Below are positions 25,687-33,203 of a DNA stretch of 64,000 nt, piece by piece (positions within the stretch are counted from its first letter, which is position 1; each line of letters begins with the position of its first letter). The position numbers and the translations under genes were made by a program. The stretch comes from Acidobacteriota bacterium (GTDB lineage: Bacteria; Acidobacteriota; Vicinamibacteria; Vicinamibacterales; 2-12-FULL-66-21): the NCBI GenBank assembly GCA_046735335.1, contig JBKPTE010000060.1:1125-65124 (forward strand). Direction: 5' to 3'. The notes under the pieces are model-generated. The model was not told the DNA's origin and searched no databases. It saw only the letters and a list, made by a program, of their open reading frames with translations.

Positions 25687-26352
25687 TCAGAAGAACTTCT
25701 TCCGCGACCCCGCACCGATCAATCCGGTGCCCATGAGCAACAGCGTCGCAGGCTCCGGCACGAGCCCTATTTCAGCGATCATGCTGGCCGAACCGCTGCC
25801 CGTGATCCTGATGGGTTGCGAGTGCACGGTGTAGAGGAGTCGGTACTCGAGGCCCGGCGGGAGCGGTCCGGTCGGCATGGAGAAGCTGGGGCTGCTGCTC
25901 GGTGTCGGAGACAGGCGAAGAATCGTTCCCCCTCCCACCGTCTGCCACGTCTTGTGTCTGCTGCCATCGGCCGGAGAGGTCTGGTCGATGAACAGATCGA
26001 AAAGAAGAATGGGCGCGAAAGGGCTCGGCCGGCTCGGAAACACGAAGCCTGGGGAGAACGTCGACGCGAAGCTGCCCAGGCTCGCGGGGGTGGCGCTGTT
26101 GCTGACCTCCACGTCCTGACTCACGCCGGTGAACGTGACCGTGGCGCTGTTGCCGCCGGATCCAAAGGTGATGGTGTCCGTACCCGTGCCGGAACATGCC
26201 GTGACGCGGCACGTGAACACGCCGTGCGTGGAAAAGATGGCGTCGACCACCAGACTGCCATCCGGCAACACCGTAAATGGATCGGCTAGTGCGCCCGCGG
26301 GGAACAGGAGCAAGGCTGCGGCGAGGCAGGCACCCGAAATCATTCTTCGCAT
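25687..26352 (-). CDS. PEP-CTERM sorting-domain secreted protein
   Basis: Signal peptide MRRMISGACLAAALLLFPAGALA. C-terminal VPEPATLLLMGTGLIGAGSRKKFF is a PEP-CTERM motif with TM helix and basic tail. The longer 370-aa track ORF has an implausible N-terminus. Confidence 0.85.
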   Translation of the reverse strand: MRRMISGACLAAALLLFPAGALADPFTVLPDGSLVVDAIFSTHGVFTCRVTACSGTGTDTITFGSGGNSATVTFTGVSQDVEVSNSATPASLGSFASTFSPGFVFPSRPSPFAPILLFDLFIDQTSPADGSRHKTWQTVGGGTILRLSPTPSSSPSFSMPTGPLPPGLEYRLLYTVHSQPIRITGSGSASMIAEIGLVPEPATLLLMGTGLIGAGSRKKFF

Positions 26353-26461
26353 TACGGCCTCCACATGGGTGTCGCTCCGACTCGACCGTACTAATGCCGG
26401 CACGGCAGGCTGCAGGTTGCGTTCCAGAGGAAACGCGTGGATCCCGTCCGCGCTCGGAACG

Positions 26462-26989
26462 ATGGACGTGAAGCTCATTCCCAACGATCCCCTCGGCCGC
26501 GCCTTCACGGCAGGGATGTTCGACGGGTTCGAATACCTCGTGGATACGCTCAACGGTACGGCGCAGGCCGTTTTCGACTGCGACACGATCCAGCCGCACG
26601 TCGAGGTCCCCGTGCGCGGAGGGATGACGCAGCTCATGGCGATGCCGCGCTCGGGAGATCGGCTGATCTTCGCGTTGTTCCAGGCAGGGCAGGTGGGCAT
26701 GCTCGACGTGAGCGATCCCGAACATCCGGTGCAGTCCGGCATCGTCAACCTCGGCGCCGGCGCCGGGCCGCACATGATCTCGCTCACCGACGACGACAAG
26801 CGGTTGGTCGTGAGCGACTATTTCCTCAACGAGGACGACTTCGGGAAAGTGCACCTGGAAGGCGACCATCACGTGCGCCTGATCAAGGTCTTCAAGCACC
26901 GGCTCGCTCTCGATCCACGGTTTGACGTGGACTTCAATACGGCATTCGCAACAGGACCGGCGCGGCCGCACGGCGTCGCGATGAAGTGA
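26462..26989 (+). CDS. selenium-binding protein (SBP56 / methanethiol oxidase) family, C-terminal fragment only; possibly a pseudogene
   Basis: 175 aa. GPHMISLTDDDKRLVVSDYFLN...LALDPRFDVDFNTAFATGPARPHGVAM parallels the remembered human SELENBP1 C-terminus [22 protein letters not shown]...[26 protein letters not shown]. From memory, family members are much longer than this ORF. Confidence 0.55.
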   Translation: MDVKLIPNDPLGRAFTAGMFDGFEYLVDTLNGTAQAVFDCDTIQPHVEVPVRGGMTQLMAMPRSGDRLIFALFQAGQVGMLDVSDPEHPVQSGIVNLGAGAGPHMISLTDDDKRLVVSDYFLNEDDFGKVHLEGDHHVRLIKVFKHRLALDPRFDVDFNTAFATGPARPHGVAMK

Positions 26990-27007
26990 ATCCGCCGGGG
27001 GCGCCCG

Positions 27008-27496
27008 CTACTGCAGGCCGCCGCGGACGGACGTGATGCGCTGAGTGTTGAAGCCGAGCCAGTGCATGCGCCCGACGTAGCGCGCGTGCTCGACCTTGAT
27101 GCAGCGATCCATGACGACGGAAAGGCCGCCCGCTTCGGCGATGCGCGCCCCTTCCTCGTTGATCACCGTGAACTGGCACCAGAGGCTGCCCGCGCCGATG
27201 GCAACGGCGTCTCTGGCGATGTCGGGCAGCGCGTCCGGCGCGCGGAAGACATTCACGATATCGACGTGCACCGGGACGTCGGTGAGTTTCGAAAAGCTCT
27301 TCTCGCCCAGGATCTCAGCTTCGCGCGGGTTCACGGGAACGACCCTGTATCCGTGCCGCTTCAGGTAGAAGCCGACGAAGTTGCTCGCCCGCAGCTGGTT
27401 GCTCGAAAGGCCGACGACCGCAACGGTCTTCGCGGTGTGGATCACGCGCTGGATCGTCGAGGGGTCCTGATACCGCGACAGATCGAATGCGGTCAT
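27008..27496 (-). CDS. CoA-binding domain protein (YccU-like)
   Basis: KTVAVVGLSSNQLRASNFVGFYLKRHGYRVVPVNP is the typical CoA_binding_2 N-terminus. The start overlaps the metY stop by 4 nt. Confidence 0.8.
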   Translation of the reverse strand: MTAFDLSRYQDPSTIQRVIHTAKTVAVVGLSSNQLRASNFVGFYLKRHGYRVVPVNPREAEILGEKSFSKLTDVPVHVDIVNVFRAPDALPDIARDAVAIGAGSLWCQFTVINEEGARIAEAGGLSVVMDRCIKVEHARYVGRMHWLGFNTQRITSVRGGLQ

Positions 27497-28809
27497 CGCG
27501 ACGCTACCTCCGCTGACGCGGCTGCCGCGGCGCGCGCGAAGCCCTGCTCGAGATCCCAGATCAGATCGTCGACGGACTCGATGCCAACGGAAAGGCGAAT
27601 CGTCCCGGGTCCGGCGCCCGCGGCACGCAGCTCTTCGTCGTTGAGCTGACGGTGCGTGGTGCTTGCCGGATGGATGATGAGGCTCTTCGAGTCGCCGACG
27701 TTCGCGAGGTGCGACCACAGCGTGACGCCCCGAATGAAGTCCTGCCCTGCCGCGCGTCCGCCGCGGCAGTCGAACGAGAACACCGCGCCGGCGCCATTGG
27801 CCAGGTACTTCTGCACGAGCGGCCGGTACCGGCTGCCGGGCAGGCCGGGATACGTGACGTTCTCGGCGAGACGGTGCGAGTCGAGGTACTTCGCGACCGC
27901 CGCCGCGTTGTCGACGTGCCGCGCCATGCGCAGCGACAGCGTCTCGAGCCCCTGAAGGAACAGGAAGGCATTGAACGGGCTCATGGCCGCGCCGAGATCG
28001 CGGAGCGTTTCGGCGCGCAGCTTCATGAGGTACCCGTACGTGCCAAAGGTTTCGTGGAACTGCAGGCCGTGGTATGCCGGCGAGGGCTCGGCGACGACCG
28101 GAAACCGGCCGTTCGACCAGTTGAACTGGCCGGAATCGACGACCACGCCGCCGATGCTCGTCCCGTGTCCGCCGATGAACTTCGTTGCGGAGTGGAGGAC
28201 GATGTCGGCACCCCACTCGATGGGACGGCAAAGGTACGGCGTCGCGAACGTGTTGTCGATGAGCAGCGGCAGATCGTGCTCGTGCGCGATGCGCGCGACC
28301 GCCTCGATGTCGAGCACGTTGCCGGCAGGGTTACCGATCGTCTCGCCGTAAAAGAGCTTCGTATTCGGACGCACGGCGGCTCTCCACGCATCCAGATCGT
28401 CGGGATTCACCCACGTCAGCTCGACGCACATCTTGCGCAGCATGTGCTTGAACTGATTCACGGTCCCGCCGTACAGAGCGGACGAGGAGACGACGTGGTC
28501 GCCGGGTGTGAGCAGCGTGAACAGAGCGGCCGCCTGTGCGGCGATCCCGCTCGCGAACGCAACGCCGCCGCAGCCGCCCTCGAGGTTCGCGATCCGCTCC
28601 TCGAACACGGCCACGGTCGGGTTCATGATGCGCGAGTACGTGTTGCCGTACTCCTGAAGGTTGAAGTACGCCGCCGCGGATTCCGGATCCTCGAAGACGT
28701 AGCTGGTCGTCTGATAGATCGGCACGGCGCGTGCGCCTGTATTCGGATCGGGGCGCTGGCCGGCGTGAACCTGTCGCGTATCGAAGCCAAACTGACGAGA
28801 ATCTTCCAT
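27493..28809 (-). CDS. metY: O-acetylhomoserine aminocarboxypropyltransferase / sulfhydrylase
   Basis: FGFDTRQVHAGQRPDPNTGARAVPIYQTTSYVF...NPT... and HSATKFIGGHGT (PLP lysine motif). 438 aa. Confidence 0.92.
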   Translation of the reverse strand: MEDSRQFGFDTRQVHAGQRPDPNTGARAVPIYQTTSYVFEDPESAAAYFNLQEYGNTYSRIMNPTVAVFEERIANLEGGCGGVAFASGIAAQAAALFTLLTPGDHVVSSSALYGGTVNQFKHMLRKMCVELTWVNPDDLDAWRAAVRPNTKLFYGETIGNPAGNVLDIEAVARIAHEHDLPLLIDNTFATPYLCRPIEWGADIVLHSATKFIGGHGTSIGGVVVDSGQFNWSNGRFPVVAEPSPAYHGLQFHETFGTYGYLMKLRAETLRDLGAAMSPFNAFLFLQGLETLSLRMARHVDNAAAVAKYLDSHRLAENVTYPGLPGSRYRPLVQKYLANGAGAVFSFDCRGGRAAGQDFIRGVTLWSHLANVGDSKSLIIHPASTTHRQLNDEELRAAGAGPGTIRLSVGIESVDDLIWDLEQGFARAAAAASAEVASR

Positions 28810-28817
28810 TCTTGCTC

Positions 28818-30059
28818 CTAGCGCGCGAGGAACTCCCGAATCATCGGCGTCTGACGCGCCTCCTCCAGCAGGAAGCAGTCGTGCCCGTACGGCGCCTCGA
28901 TGATCCGCAGCTCGACGTCCGCGCCGACCGCACGCAGCGCGTCCGCAATGTCCTGTGATCCCGAAGGCGGATAGAGCCAGTCGGAACTGAACGCTATCAG
29001 CAGCGTCCGCGCCGACACGTTGCGCAACGCATCGGCGAGCCGCCCCTTCCCATACTGGCGCGCGAGATCGAAATATGACAGCGCGCGCGACATGTAGAGG
29101 TACGTGTTCGCGTCGAAGCGCTTGACGAAGGCGTCCGCCTGATACCGAAGGTAGCTCTCGACCTCGAATTCCGGGCGCGTGAGCTCGTACCGGATGTCGC
29201 CTCCGGACTGCAGCCGCCTGCCGAACTTGGTCCCCAGCGCGCCCGCGGACAGATACGTGATGTGCCCGAGCATGCGGGCCACGCCCATGCCGGCGTTCGG
29301 CGCGTGGCCGGTGCCGTAGTAGTGGCCTCCCTGCCAGTCCGGGTCCGCCGTGATCGCGTTCCGCGCGATCGCGTTCCACGCGACGCCCTGGGCATGGAGC
29401 GCATGCGTGCTCGCGATCGGGATGATCGCGTCGACCTGGTCGGGATACAGCACGGCCCATTCGAGCGCCTGCATCCCGCCGAGCGATCCGCCTGCAACCG
29501 CGGCGAGCCGGGTGATCCCGAGCTCGCGCAGGAACGCGCGCTGCGTGCGCACCATGTCGGCGACCGTAATCACCGGAAAATCGGATCCGTACGGGCGTCC
29601 GGTCTCCGGATTCGTCGACGAGGGTCCCGTCGTCCCGCGGCAGCCTCCCAGAAGGTTCGTGCTGACGACGAAAAAGCGGTCCGTGTCGAATGCCTTCCCC
29701 GGGCCAATCATGCCGTCCCACCAGCCCAGGCCGCGCCCCTTTCCCGCATCGCGCTCGTCCGCCCGGAAGCCGTCCCGCGTCGCGGTGGCGTCGCCCTTCT
29801 TCGAGAAGCCGGCCGCATGGGCGTCTCCGCTCAGCGCGTGGCACACGAGGATGACGTTGTCGCGTGATGGCGAGAGCGTTCCGTACGTCTCGTACGCCAC
29901 GCGAACGGAGTGCAGCGTGCGCCCCGAATCGAGCGTCACCCGGCCGGGCAGGTCCACGAACTGCGTCTCGACGCTCCCGACGGACCCGGTCGAGAGGCTG
30001 TCGCGCGGAGCGCGAACGCGGACCATCTTCGACGGGGGCGTGGACATGCTTGTGATCAT
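28818..30059 (-). CDS. metX: homoserine O-acetyltransferase
   Basis: VAYETYGTLSPSRDNVILVCHALSGDAHAAG and the nucleophile elbow GGSLGGMQALEW. In-frame ATG candidates at 30059, 30047 and 30026. Confidence 0.9.
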   Translation of the reverse strand: MITSMSTPPSKMVRVRAPRDSLSTGSVGSVETQFVDLPGRVTLDSGRTLHSVRVAYETYGTLSPSRDNVILVCHALSGDAHAAGFSKKGDATATRDGFRADERDAGKGRGLGWWDGMIGPGKAFDTDRFFVVSTNLLGGCRGTTGPSSTNPETGRPYGSDFPVITVADMVRTQRAFLRELGITRLAAVAGGSLGGMQALEWAVLYPDQVDAIIPIASTHALHAQGVAWNAIARNAITADPDWQGGHYYGTGHAPNAGMGVARMLGHITYLSAGALGTKFGRRLQSGGDIRYELTRPEFEVESYLRYQADAFVKRFDANTYLYMSRALSYFDLARQYGKGRLADALRNVSARTLLIAFSSDWLYPPSGSQDIADALRAVGADVELRIIEAPYGHDCFLLEEARQTPMIREFLAR

Positions 30060-30095
30060 ATCGCCTGCTGGGTTGCGCCCGACAGGGTCCCGTGT

Positions 30096-30115
30096 CATCG
30101 GCCGCGCGGCCGATG
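30096..30115. promoter_or_regulatory. perfect 20-nt palindrome in the metX/osmC-like divergent intergenic region
   Basis: CATCGGCCGCGCGGCCGATG is its own reverse complement. It lies between the metX start (30059 or lower) and the OsmC-like start (30179). It could be an operator or a 5'-UTR hairpin. Confidence 0.4.
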
Positions 30116-30178
30116 TATGATCCGAAGCTTGCGCCAACCGGATCGCACGATCATCAACCGTCATCGAGGGAGCTGACG

Positions 30179-30733
30179 ATGGCCGAGACAAGTGTCAACA
30201 ACGGAGTGAACGTCGACGCGCTGCTTGCCGCGCGCGAGGCGCTGAAGAATGCGCCGGAAGCGGCCAAGTTCAAGTGGCGCGCGACCTGCAAATGGCAGAA
30301 CGGGACGCACAGCCAGACGAAGATTCAGGGATTCCACGGGCTCGGCGCCGAACAGACGCACAAGACGGAGTTCTCGTTCGAAGCCGATCATCCGGAGGTC
30401 TTCGCCTCCGAGGACCTCGGCGCCACGCCCGTCGAATACGTCCTCGTGGGCCTTGCGAGCTGCCTGACGGCCGGTGTTGCCGCGGTAGCGCAGAACCGCG
30501 GGATCCAGCTGCGGTCAGTCGAGGCGAAGCTCGAAGGCGACATGGACATCCAGGGCATCCTTGGCATCGACAGCGACGTGCGCAACGGCTACGACAACAT
30601 CAAGGTGACCTTCAAGATCGACGCGGATGCGTCGAAGAAGGACATCGAAGCGCTCGTCGCGCAGTCGCAGAAGCGCTCGGCGGTGTACGACCTCGTCACG
30701 AACCCGACGAACGTCACGGTCGAAGTCGCGTAG
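30179..30733 (+). CDS. OsmC-family peroxiredoxin-like protein
   Basis: ATPVEYVLVGLASCLTAGV and the overall length and pattern of OsmC/Ohr. GAGGGAG RBS upstream of the ATG at 30179. Confidence 0.85.
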   Translation: MAETSVNNGVNVDALLAAREALKNAPEAAKFKWRATCKWQNGTHSQTKIQGFHGLGAEQTHKTEFSFEADHPEVFASEDLGATPVEYVLVGLASCLTAGVAAVAQNRGIQLRSVEAKLEGDMDIQGILGIDSDVRNGYDNIKVTFKIDADASKKDIEALVAQSQKRSAVYDLVTNPTNVTVEVA

Positions 30734-30764
30734 GGCCGAACACATCGAACGCTTTACCACGGTC

Positions 30765-32009
30765 GTGATCGGGGCCGGGCACACGGGCCTGGCGGTGAGC
30801 CGCTGCCTGACGGAACGCTCGATCGACCACGTCGTGCTCGAACGCGGAGAGGTGGCGAACTCCTGGCGGCAGGAGCGCTGGGATTCGCTGCGCCTCCTGA
30901 CGCCGAACTGGCAGACGCGTCTGCCGGGCTCACGCTACGAAGGCGCAGACCCCGACGGCTTCATGACGATGCACGAGGTGATCGATTTCATCTCGGGCTT
31001 CGCCGTGCGAACGGGTGCGCCGGTCCGCACCGAGACGCCCGTCACGTCGGTCACGCAGCACGACGAGGGATACCTCGTCGCCACAGGGAACGGCGAGATC
31101 AGGTGCCGGACGGTCGTTCTGGCCAGCGGCGCCTGCAACCTCCCGAGCGTCCCCGCGCTGCGCACGGCGATCCCGTCGTCGATCGAGCAGTTGACGCCAT
31201 TCGACTACCGCAGTCCGGGCCAGTTGCCGGACGGCGGCGTCCTCATCGTCGGGGCGTCGGCGACCGGAGTACAGCTCGCCGACGAGATCCGCCGCTCCGG
31301 ACGGCGCGTCACCGTTTCGGTCGGCGAGCACGTGCGCCTGCCCAGGACGTACCGCGGCCGCGACGTGTTGTGGTGGATGGACGCGTCCGGCGTGTGGAAC
31401 CAGCGCTACGACGAAATCGACGATCTCACGCGCGCGCGCAGGCTGCCGTCGCCGCAACTGGTCGGGACGCCCGAGCGCCTCACGCTGGATCTCAACACGC
31501 TGAGCGACGCCGGCGTCGAGCTGGTCGGCCGGCTCGCCGCACTACGCGACGGACGCGCGCTGTTCTCGGGCGGACTGCGCAACCTGTTCGCGCTGGCCGA
31601 CTTGAAGATGGATCGGCTGCTCGACACCTTCGATGCCTGGGCGCGCGCTCACGGCCGCGACGATGACGCCGCTCCTCCGGAGCGATTCGCGCCCACTCGC
31701 GTACCCTCGTCGTCGCGCCTGGAGCTGAATCTGGCGAGCGGGGAGATCGGTTCGATCATCTGGGCCACCGGATTCCGTCCGGACTACAGCTGGCTGAACG
31801 TTCCCGTGGTCGACCGCAAGGGGCAGCTCCGTCACGAGGGTGGCGTCGTCGATGCGCCCGGCCTGTATGCGATCGGGCTGCCAGTCCTGAGGCGGCGCAA
31901 GTCCACGTTCATTCACGGCGCCGAAGACGATGCGCGCGACATCGTCGAGCACGTCGCGGCATACCTCGATCGCCGAGGCGTGACAGGACATCAGGAGATC
32001 GAGAAATAG
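30765..32009 (+). CDS. FAD/NAD(P)-binding flavin-dependent oxidoreductase (FMO-like)
   Basis: VVIGAGHTGLAVSRCL dinucleotide fold, a second GASATGVQLADE fold, and a C-terminal ATGF motif. The start is uncertain: the only canonical in-frame starts are GTG 30765, just before GxGxxG, and ATG 30627, which lies 107 nt inside the OsmC-like gene. ATC 30744 with an upstream AGGG is an alternative. Confidence 0.75.
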   Translation: MIGAGHTGLAVSRCLTERSIDHVVLERGEVANSWRQERWDSLRLLTPNWQTRLPGSRYEGADPDGFMTMHEVIDFISGFAVRTGAPVRTETPVTSVTQHDEGYLVATGNGEIRCRTVVLASGACNLPSVPALRTAIPSSIEQLTPFDYRSPGQLPDGGVLIVGASATGVQLADEIRRSGRRVTVSVGEHVRLPRTYRGRDVLWWMDASGVWNQRYDEIDDLTRARRLPSPQLVGTPERLTLDLNTLSDAGVELVGRLAALRDGRALFSGGLRNLFALADLKMDRLLDTFDAWARAHGRDDDAAPPERFAPTRVPSSSRLELNLASGEIGSIIWATGFRPDYSWLNVPVVDRKGQLRHEGGVVDAPGLYAIGLPVLRRRKSTFIHGAEDDARDIVEHVAAYLDRRGVTGHQEIEK

Positions 32010-32036
32010 ATCTCCTGGTGTCTTGGCCTCCTGTGA

Positions 32037-33104
32037 TCAGTTGCTCACGATGGTGCCGAACAGGCCATGGCTCTCGTCGTCGGGACCTGCCGTGAAGAAC
32101 AGCGTCGAAGTCGGACCGTTTGCGGCAGCGCCCTTGCCGAACTGCAGGGCCCACAGGCCGTCGATGACCAGACGCTTGTGGTTGCTGGTACGGAGCTGTC
32201 CGGCGAACTCGAACCTGCCGTCCTTCTTCGGCTCGTAGGCGTTGATGCGGCCGTCGCCGAAGTTGCCGATCAGCAGATCCCCGCTGAAAGCGCCGAAATC
32301 CGAGGGCGCCAGCGCGATGCCCCATGGTGAGTTCAGCTGTCCGTGCTGCGCGACGCGGGCCAGCAGCATGCCGGCGGTATCGAACACGTCGACGAACCCG
32401 TGCCCCTGGCCCGCCACATCGTCCTCGCCCTCGGCGTCCTGCTTGGCATACGTGACAAAGATGCGCCCATTGACGTTCTGGATGCCGAACGGCGCGTAAT
32501 CGTCCGGGATCTTCGGATCGACGAACGCTCCCTCGACGGTGACGGGGTCGAAGCTGCCATCGTAGACATCCACGCGGCGGTTGTGGAAGTCGGTGGCGTA
32601 CAGGAAGTCGCCGCCGGCGGTCGACGCGATGGCCAGGCCCTTGTAGATCGCGCCAGGTCCCGTCGCGCCGAGCACAGCCGCGGCGGAGATCGCCGGGTTC
32701 CAACCGAGGATCGTTCCTTCCTCGGTCGAGAAGATGAATCGCGCCGGCGCCGACGAGGTACCATTCGTCACCGCGAAGCTTCCGCCGGTATTCGCCACGG
32801 CGCCGGTCGGCGCATTCATGACAGCGACCGTCAACGGCACCTTGGTGCCGTCGGCGCGGTACAGCGTGGAGACGTTCGTGCCGTTGTCTGCGACCCACCA
32901 CGGCGACGTCGGCGTCGACGTGAGCCCCCACGCGTTGACCAGGCTCGTGTCCTGGTTCACCGCCACGTCGGCCTGGTCCGAGACGAGATAGGTCGCCGTG
33001 TACGAGTTGTGCTCTTCAGCGGGAAGAGATACGGCAAGCGCCGCGGCGGACAGGATGGCCGCCGCAGCGAATCTCGTACCCGCGCCGAAGAAATTGTTCT
33101 GCAT
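32037..33104 (-). CDS. TIGR03118-family secreted beta-propeller protein
   Basis: Signal peptide, then YTATYLVSDQADVAVNQDTSLVNAWGL...PWWVADNGT...DFHNRRVDVYDGSF...NGRIFVTYA...NSPWGIALAP..FG.FSGDLLIGNFGDGRINAY...IDGLWAL.FG matches my recollection of this family. Confidence 0.8.
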   Translation of the reverse strand: MQNNFFGAGTRFAAAAILSAAALAVSLPAEEHNSYTATYLVSDQADVAVNQDTSLVNAWGLTSTPTSPWWVADNGTNVSTLYRADGTKVPLTVAVMNAPTGAVANTGGSFAVTNGTSSAPARFIFSTEEGTILGWNPAISAAAVLGATGPGAIYKGLAIASTAGGDFLYATDFHNRRVDVYDGSFDPVTVEGAFVDPKIPDDYAPFGIQNVNGRIFVTYAKQDAEGEDDVAGQGHGFVDVFDTAGMLLARVAQHGQLNSPWGIALAPSDFGAFSGDLLIGNFGDGRINAYEPKKDGRFEFAGQLRTSNHKRLVIDGLWALQFGKGAAANGPTSTLFFTAGPDDESHGLFGTIVSN

Positions 33105-33203
33105 CTTCCCTCCTTCTATGAATGGCTGGTGCGGAAGATGCGTCGGAGCAAGCCACGAGCCACGGTCACCCCTCGCCATGCGGTGTGATTCGGCCGAAAA
33201 TTC

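Noticed and set aside
26129-26461. N-terminal 111 codons of the 286-aa ORF containing the SBP56-like fragment
   Set aside because: This part is antisense to the PEP-CTERM gene and its promoter region and bears no resemblance to SBP56 N-terminal sequence. Family similarity starts only at about 26462.
30060-30178. Possible SAM riboswitch upstream of metX
   Set aside because: I could not recognise SAM-I, SAM-II or SAM-V conserved cores by eye; only a palindrome and a short hairpin are present. The region needs an Infernal scan before any claim, so it is reported only as a palindrome.
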